Shown: positions 8,005 through 16,804 of the stretch, piece by piece
How the letters are laid out: every line of letters begins with the position of its first letter
How positions within the stretch are numbered: position 1 is the first letter of the stretch
Assembly (NCBI GenBank): GCA_944350365.1
Contig: CALVOU010000003.1
Coordinates: forward strand, 1 to 49,500
Source: an uncultured Bacilli bacterium
Lineage (GTDB): Bacteria; Bacillota_I; Bacilli_A; RF39; UBA660
DNA length: 49,500 nucleotides
Reading direction: 5' to 3'
Notes under the pieces: model-generated
Database searches by the model: none
What the model was told of the DNA's origin: nothing
The model's input: the letters and a program-made list of their open reading frames with translations, nothing else
Program-made: the position numbers and the translations under genes

Positions 8005-9984
8005 ATGAAAAAAAAGAAACAAAGAAAAAGATGGGTTTTGGTTGTTATTATCCTTGCGATTATTTTAGTGATTAGTGGCGGAATTATGCTCTATGCTCAC
8101 TTACATTCGATCAATCATCAAGAAGTTGCTTATGTAGAGAGTATGGTAGAAAAGCAACAACACTTAGAAGAAGACTTTGATTTAGATGGATTTACGATAG
8201 ATAACGTTAAGGTAATTTTAAATCCTTACGGAAATTCTCCGCTTACGGCATTGATTGCGTTTGATACAGAAGAAGAAGTTGAAGTCAAAGTAACGATTCC
8301 AGGAAAAGATGAATCAACGACTTATACGCATACTTTTGATCAAACTAAAGAACATCGTTTACCAATCTATGGCCTCTATGCTGGTACGGTAAATCAAGTA
8401 AAAGTAGAATATGAAGAAGAGGAAAAATTAGTTTCTAAAACGATTGAGATTGAAACTGAAGCGTTACCTGATGATATGATTATTCCAGAAGATGTTTATG
8501 CAGACAAAGAGAAATTAGGTAATGAGCTTTATTTTTATACCCCATCTAGTTCAGGATATACATGTGCTTATGATGTAAACGGAGATGTTAGATGGTATTT
8601 TACGAATTATGCTCTTTGGAAGATTGATCGCCTAGAGAATGGTCATCTCTTAGTTAGTACTGAACGACTTGTCAATTCGCCATATTATATGACAGGATTA
8701 TACGAGATGGATTTATTAGGTAAAATTTATACGGAGTATAGTCTAGAAGGTGGCTACCATCACGATTATTATGAGATGCCTAATGGTAATTTGTTAGTCG
8801 CTAGTGATGATTTTAATAATGATGATGGTACGGTTGAAGATTATATTGTCGAACTTGACCGGAAAACAGGAGAAGAAGTTAAACATTTTGATTTGAAAGA
8901 TATTTTACCAATGGAAGATGGAAAAAGTGAAAACTGGTCTTCTTACGATTGGTTCCATAATAACTCAGTATGGTACGATGAAGCTACTAACTCTATTACC
9001 TTATCCGGAAGACATCAAGATGCGGTAATTAATATCGATTATGAAACTGGTGAATTAAACTGGATTATTGGAGATCCTACGAATTGGAGCGAGGAATATC
9101 AGAAATATTTCTTTACCCCAGTAGGAGATGATTTTGAATGGCAGTGGAGTCAGCATGCAGCGATGATTACGCCAGAAGGATATGTATTTATCTTAGATAA
9201 CGGGAATAATAAATCAAAAATTAAAGACGAATATGTACCAGCTGATGAGAGTTACACTAGAGGAGTCATGTATAAGATTGATACTGATAAGATGACAATC
9301 GAACAAGTATGGGAGTATGGGAAAGAACGTGGTAGTGAATTCTATTCCCCTTATATTTCTGATGTTGATTATTTAGGAGAAAATCATTATATTGTTCATT
9401 CTGGTGGGATAGTCTATGTGGATGGTAAAAATTCTAATCAGCCAGCTGGATTTAGTGAAGGAGCTGAATTATTGTCAGACACCGTAGAGGTAATTGATGA
9501 TGAAGTGGTTTTTGAACTAAAGTTACCAACCAACAATTACCGAGTAGAAAAGATGAGTCTATATACTGATCAAGATGAATTTTCTGTCGAAAAGGCAAAA
9601 CGTTTAGGTAGTTTAGGGAAAACAGAAGTTACTCGTAGTGAGATAGGCGCTATTCTGTCTAGTCGAAAGATAGATGACACTTATCAAAACCATGATGTTA
9701 CGTTTGAACAGGAATTTGATCGCTTAGTTGTCAAAGGACAATTTAAACGGGAAAACGAAGTAGAAGTTGTCCTTTATCAGAATTTACAGTCTAATATTTA
9801 TCAAGTTCGCGTCAGTAAGAAACCATATACGGCGTTATGTGTAGATATCTTTACCGAAGAAGAAACAGAGAATGGAATTTCTATTACGAAATATATTAAT
9901 GCGGAAGGATTAAGTGGTAAATATTCTATTTATCTTAGAATCGATGGCGTTTTATACGATACAGGAGAATATGTAGAATTTTAG
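8005..9984 (+). CDS. arylsulfotransferase (ASST) family protein, membrane-anchored
   Basis: ATG at 8005 follows RBS AGGAGG (7994-99). An N-terminal anchor (WVLVVIILAIILVISGGIMLY) is followed by an ASST N-domain-like block (LNPYGNSPLTALIAFDTEEEVEVKVTIPGK). Propeller blocks follow (GGYHHDYYEMPNGNLLV, WFHNNSVWYDE, SGRHQDAVINIDYETGELNWIIGDP, WSQHAAMITPEG). Confidence 0.7.
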   Translation: MKKKKQRKRWVLVVIILAIILVISGGIMLYAHLHSINHQEVAYVESMVEKQQHLEEDFDLDGFTIDNVKVILNPYGNSPLTALIAFDTEEEVEVKVTIPGKDESTTYTHTFDQTKEHRLPIYGLYAGTVNQVKVEYEEEEKLVSKTIEIETEALPDDMIIPEDVYADKEKLGNELYFYTPSSSGYTCAYDVNGDVRWYFTNYALWKIDRLENGHLLVSTERLVNSPYYMTGLYEMDLLGKIYTEYSLEGGYHHDYYEMPNGNLLVASDDFNNDDGTVEDYIVELDRKTGEEVKHFDLKDILPMEDGKSENWSSYDWFHNNSVWYDEATNSITLSGRHQDAVINIDYETGELNWIIGDPTNWSEEYQKYFFTPVGDDFEWQWSQHAAMITPEGYVFILDNGNNKSKIKDEYVPADESYTRGVMYKIDTDKMTIEQVWEYGKERGSEFYSPYISDVDYLGENHYIVHSGGIVYVDGKNSNQPAGFSEGAELLSDTVEVIDDEVVFELKLPTNNYRVEKMSLYTDQDEFSVEKAKRLGSLGKTEVTRSEIGAILSSRKIDDTYQNHDVTFEQEFDRLVVKGQFKRENEVEVVLYQNLQSNIYQVRVSKKPYTALCVDIFTEEETENGISITKYINAEGLSGKYSIYLRIDGVLYDTGEYVEF

Positions 9985-10009
9985 GAATAGTTAAATATTC
10001 CTTTTTTTC
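9983..10009 (+). terminator. rho-independent terminator
   Basis: AGGAATA (9983-89), 6-nt loop, TATTCCT (9996-10002), T-run to 10008. Confidence 0.6.
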
Positions 10010-10031
10010 TTGGGAAAAATTAGTTAACTTC

Positions 10032-10060
10032 TTTTCACTAGTTGATGGTTTTGTTATAAT
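10032..10060 (+). promoter_or_regulatory. sigma-A-type promoter of the LtaS-family gene
   Basis: TTTTCA (10032-37), a 17-nt spacer ending in TG-T, then TATAAT (10055-60). Confidence 0.45.
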
Positions 10061-10106
10061 GATAACAGGATAATATATGGTATAATAAGTTTTATTGGTG
10101 AAGAGT

Positions 10107-12095
10107 ATGAAGAAGTACAAATTAAAGAATTTAAATCTATTCGTATTTACTTTGTTAGTATTAGTGTATTTGGAAATTGTATTTAGACTATTAACTAAAG
10201 GGGCACTATTTAGTATTAGTCTATTGTATGTATTTTTATATAGCGTATTTGTGACTCTACTTGTTTGTTTTTTTGTAACATGGGGTAGTAATCGGGTAAA
10301 TAAAGGGATTTATTATATAACGATTTTTGTTATCACTTGTATCTTTGTGTTGCAGTTATGCATTTTTAAGATATTTGGCTTTTATTTTGATTTATCTCTT
10401 TTAAGTGCTACGGATCAAGTGATGAGTTTTATGGGGGATGGCTTGAAACTTATCTTCAAAAATTTATTGGGAATACTATTCTTGTTTTTACCATTTATCG
10501 GATTATTAGTTTTTCATAAGAAATTAGTCATTGATAAACAGGGAGGAAAAGAACATATTGGAATTTTAGCTGGTTCTATTTTCGTTTATATACTGTTTAT
10601 AGGAAGTCTTTATTTGAATGGTAATACGATTAATTCAGCAAGGGATTTATATTTTAATATCAGTAATAATGAACTTAATATAAGAAAATTTGGTGTTCTT
10701 GATGCTTTCCGAATAGATATCAAAAGAACTATATTTGGTTTTGAAGGAAAACTAAATATTACGGATGATGATATTGATCAAGATGTTGATAAGGATACTG
10801 ATCAAGATGATACTGATGAAGTGGATAATGAAGATAAGGAACCAGAATATGGATATCATCATTTAGATATTGATTTTGATTCTTTGATTGCTAATGAAAG
10901 TAATAGTACTATTCGGATGATGCATGAATATTTTAAGCAAGAAAATGGAACATTAGAAAACGAGTATACGAACTATTTTAAAGGAAAGAACTTAATCTTA
11001 TTTATGGCGGAGAGCTTTAATGAAATTGCGGTAAGAGAAGATGTTACGCCTACACTTTATCAGTTAGTGAATAGTGGCTTTAAGTTTAATAATTTCTATA
11101 CGCCAACGATAAGTAGTACCATTGGTGGTGAGTTTCAAGAACTTACGGGATTAGTCGCCACATCAGGATTTTTGTCTTCGTGGAAGAGTGGGGGAAATGC
11201 TTATCCTTTTGGGATAGCGACTGTATTTCAAGAACTGGGGTATAATACCTATGCTTATCATAATCATACCTATACGTTTCAGAGTCGAAATAAGTATTTA
11301 GCTTCTTTAGGGTTTGAACATTTTTTGGGTTGTCGTAATGGTTTAGAAAGGCGAATGAATTGTAACAAGTGGCCAGAATCGGATGTGGAAATGATCGAAG
11401 CAACTGTTTCTGATTATCTGGGTAAGGATAAGCCGTTCATGGTTTATTATGCGACGGTTAGTGGACATGGTGATTATACTTTCGGTTCTAATGCGATGTC
11501 TCTTAAACATAGAGATGATGTAGCAGGTCTAAATTATTCGGAAAAACCTCTTGCTTATTTAGCTGCTCAAATAGAACTTGATCAAGCATTAGCGTTATTA
11601 ATCGAGAAATTGGATGAAGCTGGTGAATTAAAGGATACAGTGATTGCGTTAGTTGGAGATCATTATCCTTATTATTTATCTCTTGATGAAGTAAATGAAC
11701 TAGCTAGTTATGAAAAAGATAGTGTAGTAGAAATTAACAGAAGTAATTTTATCTTATGGAATAGTGAAATGGAAACGGTAAGTGTAGATAAGGTAGGAAG
11801 TCAGATAGATGTATTACCGACCATTTATAATCTATTTGGCGTAGAATATGATTCTAGACTTATTATTGGAAAAGATATATTAAGTACTGAACCGGGAGTT
11901 GCGATATTTGGTAACTCTTCTTGGGTTAGTGATCAGGGGACGTACTATGCTAGTAGTGGTAAATTTGTAAGTCGTGATGGAATTAGTGTAGATAGTGATT
12001 ATGTTAGAAAAATGAATAATGTCGTTAGTAATAAAATTTTAATCAGTAGATATATTATGCAAAATGATTATTACAGAAAGGTCTTAGGGAAGTAA
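10107..12095 (+). CDS. LtaS-family (sulfatase-fold) phosphoglycerol/alkaline-phosphatase-superfamily transferase
   Basis: Five N-terminal TM helices and an Asp-rich linker (DDDIDQDVDKDTDQDDTDEVDNEDKE). The extracellular sulfatase-fold domain follows (NLILFMAESFN, TPTISSTIGGEFQ, GDHYPYY). Confidence 0.75.
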   Translation: MKKYKLKNLNLFVFTLLVLVYLEIVFRLLTKGALFSISLLYVFLYSVFVTLLVCFFVTWGSNRVNKGIYYITIFVITCIFVLQLCIFKIFGFYFDLSLLSATDQVMSFMGDGLKLIFKNLLGILFLFLPFIGLLVFHKKLVIDKQGGKEHIGILAGSIFVYILFIGSLYLNGNTINSARDLYFNISNNELNIRKFGVLDAFRIDIKRTIFGFEGKLNITDDDIDQDVDKDTDQDDTDEVDNEDKEPEYGYHHLDIDFDSLIANESNSTIRMMHEYFKQENGTLENEYTNYFKGKNLILFMAESFNEIAVREDVTPTLYQLVNSGFKFNNFYTPTISSTIGGEFQELTGLVATSGFLSSWKSGGNAYPFGIATVFQELGYNTYAYHNHTYTFQSRNKYLASLGFEHFLGCRNGLERRMNCNKWPESDVEMIEATVSDYLGKDKPFMVYYATVSGHGDYTFGSNAMSLKHRDDVAGLNYSEKPLAYLAAQIELDQALALLIEKLDEAGELKDTVIALVGDHYPYYLSLDEVNELASYEKDSVVEINRSNFILWNSEMETVSVDKVGSQIDVLPTIYNLFGVEYDSRLIIGKDILSTEPGVAIFGNSSWVSDQGTYYASSGKFVSRDGISVDSDYVRKMNNVVSNKILISRYIMQNDYYRKVLGK

Positions 12096-12164
12096 AGGTG
12101 TTTCCTTCTTTCGTAGCATAAAAATTAGTTTTCCTGTATAATAGTAGATGAGTGTGATTAGTAG

Positions 12165-14015
12165 ATGTTAGAAGAAATTAAGAAACATACGGAATATGAT
12201 GTTGCGATTACGAAACAAGATCACTTTGGTGATGGAATTACCAAAATCGGGGACAAGCTTGTTTTTGTTAAACACGGTTTATCTGGGGATCAATGTCGTA
12301 TTGTGATTACTAATGTGAAGAAGACTTTTGCGGTAGCGAAAATTGAAAAGATGTTTCAACCTTCTTCGGAGAGAGTAAAGCCTATTTGTCCTCATTATGA
12401 AGGATGTGGTGGTTGTAGTTTAATGCATCAAGCCGAGGAGAAACAACTTTCTTTCAAAGAAAACAAAGTGCGTGAACTTTTTTCTCGTTTTGCGGGTATT
12501 TCTGATTTTGAAATAGAAAGTATCTCTCATGGTCAGCTTACTCATTATCGAAATAAAGTTGTGTTTCATGGGTTAAATGGGGAACTGGGTTTCTATCAAG
12601 AAAAAAGTCGTGATTTAACCCCAATTCAACAGTGTTTATTGGTCGATGAAGAAATCGATCAAGTTTATCAACGAATGCGAGATTATCTGATGACTTATCC
12701 AGATGAAGAAGTATTGGAAGTCATGATTCGTAAGACTAGTTTGAAAGAATTAATGTTGGCAGTAAAGGGAAAAGTTAATTCTGAACACTTGTGTTCTTTT
12801 TTTCAAGATTTTCCTTTAGCTTCCCTTCTTTTAAATGGTGAAGTTATATCTGGTAAGCGTTATATTACAGAAAAAATTTTTGATTTCCAATTTCGTATTT
12901 TATCAGAAGCCTTTTTTCAAGTGAATTATGACATGATGCTTAACTTGTACCAGAAAGTAATCAATTATTATCGGGATAAGCACTATCGTAAAGTTTTAGA
13001 TTTATATTCAGGAACTGGGACGATTGGATTATTACTTACGCCGTATGTGGAAGAAGTAGTTGGGATTGAAGTTGTTAAAGATGCTGTCTTGGCGGCTAAA
13101 ATGAATCAAGAGATCAATCAGGTAAAAAATATTTCTTTTATTCATGGAAAAGTAGAAGATTATATTGATGAGTTTGAACAGATCGATTCTTTAGTTGTCG
13201 ATCCACCACGTAGTGGATTAGATAGTAAGACAATCGCAACGATTCTTAAAATTTCACCAGATAGTATGGTTTATATTTCTTGTGATCCTGTCACTTTAGC
13301 ACGGGATTTAAAGAGTTTACTTTCTAATTATCAACTTTCTCATGTTCATTTAGTCGATATGTTTCCCAATACTTATCATATCGAAACTGTTGTGATTTTA
13401 GAAAAAAGAAGAGATTCTCTTTTTGATCATTATGATGTTTTAGTGAATCGCCTTCATCCTTATCAAGCAGAAGATTATCTGGGAATAGAAATGGTAAAAA
13501 CAAAGGATATCAACGGTCAGGATGTTTATGTAGAAAAAGAAACGTATGAGCATTATTTACTTTTTCGCACCAAATTACAAGAATTAGGAATTCAAGTTTC
13601 CATCTCTAGTGGTTATCGAACGCTTGCTGAACAACAACAAATTATCGATGAGTTTTATTCTCGATATCCTGAAGAGAAAGTAGCTCAGAAAGTCGCTCCT
13701 GTTGGAACGAGTGAACATCACACGGGACTTGCCTTAGATATTACTGTACGGACTCAGGACGATTATTTATCTAATCAATTAGATAGTGAAAAACAAAAAG
13801 AATATGGAGAACAATATCAAATTATGGAAACGCTTTGTGCAGATTATGGATTTATTTTACGTTATCCTAAAGATAAGGAAGAGGTGACAGGGGTAAATTA
13901 TGAACCTTGGCATTTTCGTTATGTGGGATATCCGCTTTCTAGAAAAATTATGAGTCAAAAGCTCACATTAGAAGAATATTTAGAAGAAAATTATATAATG
14001 GAGGAAATAAAATGA
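12165..14015 (+). CDS. fusion protein: RumA/TrmA-family RNA (uracil-5)-methyltransferase (aa 1-416) + VanY/VanXY-type M15B D,D-peptidase domain (aa 417-616)
   Basis: N-terminal part: TRAM-like region, 4-Cys cluster (C..CPHYEGCGGCSLMH), SAM motif LDLYSGTGTIGL, DPPRSG, catalytic SCDP, and the family's usual C-terminal MFPNTYHIETVVILEKR. C-terminal part: LVNRLHP, SGYRTLAEQ, SEHHTGLALDI and EPWHFRYVG, which are the M15B zinc and catalytic motifs. The frame is continuous with no internal stop. Confidence 0.8.
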   Translation: MLEEIKKHTEYDVAITKQDHFGDGITKIGDKLVFVKHGLSGDQCRIVITNVKKTFAVAKIEKMFQPSSERVKPICPHYEGCGGCSLMHQAEEKQLSFKENKVRELFSRFAGISDFEIESISHGQLTHYRNKVVFHGLNGELGFYQEKSRDLTPIQQCLLVDEEIDQVYQRMRDYLMTYPDEEVLEVMIRKTSLKELMLAVKGKVNSEHLCSFFQDFPLASLLLNGEVISGKRYITEKIFDFQFRILSEAFFQVNYDMMLNLYQKVINYYRDKHYRKVLDLYSGTGTIGLLLTPYVEEVVGIEVVKDAVLAAKMNQEINQVKNISFIHGKVEDYIDEFEQIDSLVVDPPRSGLDSKTIATILKISPDSMVYISCDPVTLARDLKSLLSNYQLSHVHLVDMFPNTYHIETVVILEKRRDSLFDHYDVLVNRLHPYQAEDYLGIEMVKTKDINGQDVYVEKETYEHYLLFRTKLQELGIQVSISSGYRTLAEQQQIIDEFYSRYPEEKVAQKVAPVGTSEHHTGLALDITVRTQDDYLSNQLDSEKQKEYGEQYQIMETLCADYGFILRYPKDKEEVTGVNYEPWHFRYVGYPLSRKIMSQKLTLEEYLEENYIMEEIK

Positions 14016-14590
14016 AAAAAATAGGTTTAATGTTCGTTATTGTATTAGTTGGTGTTTTTATGGTAACGGGATGTGGAAAAACAGAATATTTAACGGGAAA
14101 GATCAATGTAGAAATAGAAGTAAAAGATTATGGAACGATTGCGGTAGAGCTCGATGCGGATGAAGCACCGATTACGGTGACAAATTTTGTTGATTTAGTA
14201 GAAGAAGGATTCTATGATGGGTTAACTTTTCATCGAATTATTGATGGCTTTATGATCCAAGGTGGAGACCCTAATGGTGATGGTAGTGGCGGTAGTAGCC
14301 GAACGATTAAGGGAGAATTCTCTTCTAATGGAGTAGATAATTCGATCGATCACGTAAGAGGAGTAATTTCGATGGCTCGTTCTAGTTTGCCTAACAGTGC
14401 TTCTAGTCAATTTTTTATTGTTCAAGAAGATAGCCCACATTTAAATGGTGAGTATGCTGCGTTTGGTCATGTAACGAGTGGAATGGAAATAGTTGACGCA
14501 ATTTGTGAAGATGTTCAAGTTGAAGATACAAATGGTACTGTCCTTCCTGAAAATCAACCAGTCATTACGTCTATTAAAGTTGTAGAGTAA
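14012..14590 (+). CDS. cyclophilin-type peptidyl-prolyl cis-trans isomerase, lipoprotein
   Basis: Lipobox VTG-C, FHRIIDGFMIQGGDP and SMARS...NSASSQFFI. The start overlaps the upstream stop (ATGA). Confidence 0.9.
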   Translation: MKKIGLMFVIVLVGVFMVTGCGKTEYLTGKINVEIEVKDYGTIAVELDADEAPITVTNFVDLVEEGFYDGLTFHRIIDGFMIQGGDPNGDGSGGSSRTIKGEFSSNGVDNSIDHVRGVISMARSSLPNSASSQFFIVQEDSPHLNGEYAAFGHVTSGMEIVDAICEDVQVEDTNGTVLPENQPVITSIKVVE

Positions 14591-15090
14591 TGGAAAGGGA
14601 AGTTGTAACGCATACTTTTCCGCCCTTTTTTGATGAAAACTCAAAAATATTGATTTTAGGAAGTATTCCTTCTGTTGTATCGAGAGAAGAGGGGTTTTAT
14701 TATATGCACCCCTCCAATCGATTTTGGAAAGTATTGGCTACTTTATATGAAGAAGAAGTTCCTGAGACTATTTCGTTAAAAAAGAAATTTTTAACTCGTC
14801 ACCAAATTGCTTTGTGGGATGTGATTGCTTCCTGTCGGATTCATGCTTCTAGTGATGCCTCTATTACTGATGTTCAAGTAAATGACATTTCATCACTATT
14901 AGCGAAAACCAAAGTCAAACGTATTTTTGTGACAGGGAAACGTGCTTATGAATTATATCAGAGGTATCTTTACCCAGTCGTGAAGAAAGAGGCTATTTTG
15001 CTTCCTTCTCCTAGTTCAGCCAATGCGAGTTGTTCATTCGATTATTTAGTTCAAGCATATTCTATTCTTAGAGAGGAGAATGTTTCATGA
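14590..15090 (+). CDS. DNA-deoxyinosine glycosylase (uracil-DNA glycosylase superfamily)
   Basis: ILILGSIPS..S, FYYMHPSNRFW and LPSPSSAN are the blocks I associate with the hypoxanthine-DNA glycosylase branch of the UDG superfamily. TAATG overlap with the PPIase stop. Confidence 0.65.
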   Translation: MEREVVTHTFPPFFDENSKILILGSIPSVVSREEGFYYMHPSNRFWKVLATLYEEEVPETISLKKKFLTRHQIALWDVIASCRIHASSDASITDVQVNDISSLLAKTKVKRIFVTGKRAYELYQRYLYPVVKKEAILLPSPSSANASCSFDYLVQAYSILREENVS

Positions 15091-15935
15091 TGGTTTTATC
15101 AGTTCAACAAGAGATGAAATTACTTGATTTCTTGTCTACTCATACAAATTATTCGAAAAAAAAGATTAAAAGTTTATTTAAGTTTCATGCGATTACTTTA
15201 GAAAATGGCAAAGTACTTAACTTTGATGATATGGTGAAAAAAGGAGAAAAGATCGTTATTTCTACTGAAAAGAAAGAAACAAAGATTGGTAACATTGATA
15301 TTGTCTATGAAGATGATTATTATTTGGTTGTCGATAAGCCATGTGGAATGCTTACTGTTTCTACTGATAAAGAGCGAAATCGAACTTTATATCACTTTGT
15401 ACGAGAGTATGCGAATAATAAGAATAAAAAAGAGAAGATTTTTATTGTTCACCGACTTGATCGAGAAACTTCAGGATTAGTTTTGTTTGTCAAGGACGAG
15501 AAATTGAAACAAAAGTTACAAGAAGATTGGGAGAATGTGGCACTTACTAGGGAGTATACAGCGGTAGCTAGTGGTATTTTAGAACCTAAAGAGGGTCGCT
15601 TAGTTCATTACTTAAAAGAAAATAGACAACATAAGGTATATGTTAGTCCTACTAATGATAATGGAAAAAAGGCAATTACCAATTACCAAGTTCTTTCTGA
15701 AGATAAAAATAGTTTACTAAGTCTTTCCTTGATGACTGGTCGTAAAAATCAGATTCGTGTTCAATTATCTTATCTTGGTCATCCTTTAATTGGAGATAGT
15801 AAATACGGAGGATGTAAAGCCAAACGTTTATATTTACATGCTAATAAATTGGTTATTTATGATCCAATTACTAAGAAAAAAATTACTTTTATTTCTAAAG
15901 TTCCTAAAGATTTTAAACAAATGCTTTCTATTTAA
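15087..15935 (+). CDS. RluA-family pseudouridine synthase
   Basis: S4-like N-terminus, catalytic HRLDRETSGLVLF, and GRKNQIRVQL. ATGA overlap with the upstream gene. Genes 12165-15935 look like one operon. Confidence 0.85.
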   Translation: MMVLSVQQEMKLLDFLSTHTNYSKKKIKSLFKFHAITLENGKVLNFDDMVKKGEKIVISTEKKETKIGNIDIVYEDDYYLVVDKPCGMLTVSTDKERNRTLYHFVREYANNKNKKEKIFIVHRLDRETSGLVLFVKDEKLKQKLQEDWENVALTREYTAVASGILEPKEGRLVHYLKENRQHKVYVSPTNDNGKKAITNYQVLSEDKNSLLSLSLMTGRKNQIRVQLSYLGHPLIGDSKYGGCKAKRLYLHANKLVIYDPITKKKITFISKVPKDFKQMLSI

Positions 15936-15993
15936 TTGCTTCTTGTGTTCACAAAAGAAGAAAAATGTTTTATACTTATAATGGAGGGTAGAT

Positions 15994-16551
15994 ATGGAAT
16001 ATTTAAAGGATAAAATAAAAGGATTATTTGTTAGTTCACTGATTTCTTCAATCATTATGTTTGTTTTAGGTGTTTTATTACTGATTGAACCAGATTTTAT
16101 TCTAGGAACGATTTCTTTTATTATTGGACTAGTTATTTTGGTGCCTGGGCTTGTTTCTTTAGTAGATTATTTTAAAAATAAGTATAACGCAAATTTAGTT
16201 GTTGGAGTTATTGCTTGTATCTTAGGATTAATTTTTATTTTTAATTCTGAGTTTGTAGTAAGTATTTTACCATTCGTTTTGGGGATTTATTTTATTATTA
16301 GTGGTATTAGTAAATTACAGTATGGTTTAACTTTACGTAGTAATCAAATACCTAATTACATGCGTGCAATTATTGCCTCTATTTTGACTTTAGCTTGTGG
16401 GATTTTATTGATGATTAATCCTTTTGGTGGAGCCATTGCGTTTACGCAAGTGGCAGGGATTTTTACAATTATTTATGCAGTTTTAGATATTTATAATGCT
16501 TGTTTTATTCGTAAAGAAATGAAACAAGTGATAAAGAGAATAGAAAAGTAG
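15994..16551 (+). CDS. HdeD/DUF308-like integral membrane protein
   Basis: 185 aa with six evenly spaced Gly-rich TM helices carrying the repeated G..L(I)..G pattern typical of DUF308. Confidence 0.55.
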   Translation: MEYLKDKIKGLFVSSLISSIIMFVLGVLLLIEPDFILGTISFIIGLVILVPGLVSLVDYFKNKYNANLVVGVIACILGLIFIFNSEFVVSILPFVLGIYFIISGISKLQYGLTLRSNQIPNYMRAIIASILTLACGILLMINPFGGAIAFTQVAGIFTIIYAVLDIYNACFIRKEMKQVIKRIEK

Positions 16552-16559
16552 GGATATTG

Positions 16560-16799
16560 ATGAAGGAAAGAAAACGAAGACAACAAACAATTACAAACGA
16601 TGAAAAGTTAAAGCGATTAAAAAAGAGAAAGTTTTTGTGGTACGGGATTATCTTTTTTGGTATTATGACGATTGTTTTATCACTTTTTTCATTGCTCCAT
16701 GATCTTTCCCCTCTTTACGCAGTATTTTGTTTTTTAATCGAGGCCGTACTTTCTAAATGTCGAAATAGTATAGACCCGGAAATAGGTAAGAGGAGTTGA
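16560..16799 (+). CDS. small membrane protein, hypothetical
   Basis: A basic N-terminus (KERKRRQQ) then two hydrophobic segments. The coding call is weak (poor RBS). Confidence 0.35.
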   Translation: MKERKRRQQTITNDEKLKRLKKRKFLWYGIIFFGIMTIVLSLFSLLHDLSPLYAVFCFLIEAVLSKCRNSIDPEIGKRS

Positions 16800-16804
16800 A
16801 ATAA

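Noticed and set aside
9935-10120. Minus-strand ORF 9935..10120 (61 aa)
   Set aside because: It spans the ASST terminator and the LtaS-gene promoter, has no RBS and yields a low-complexity product.
10770-10850. The GAT-rich stretch in the LtaS-family gene as a tandem repeat or variable-number locus
   Set aside because: It is only a compositionally biased Asp-rich linker (DDDIDQDVDKDTDQDDTDEVDNEDKE). No exact nucleotide repeat unit is present.
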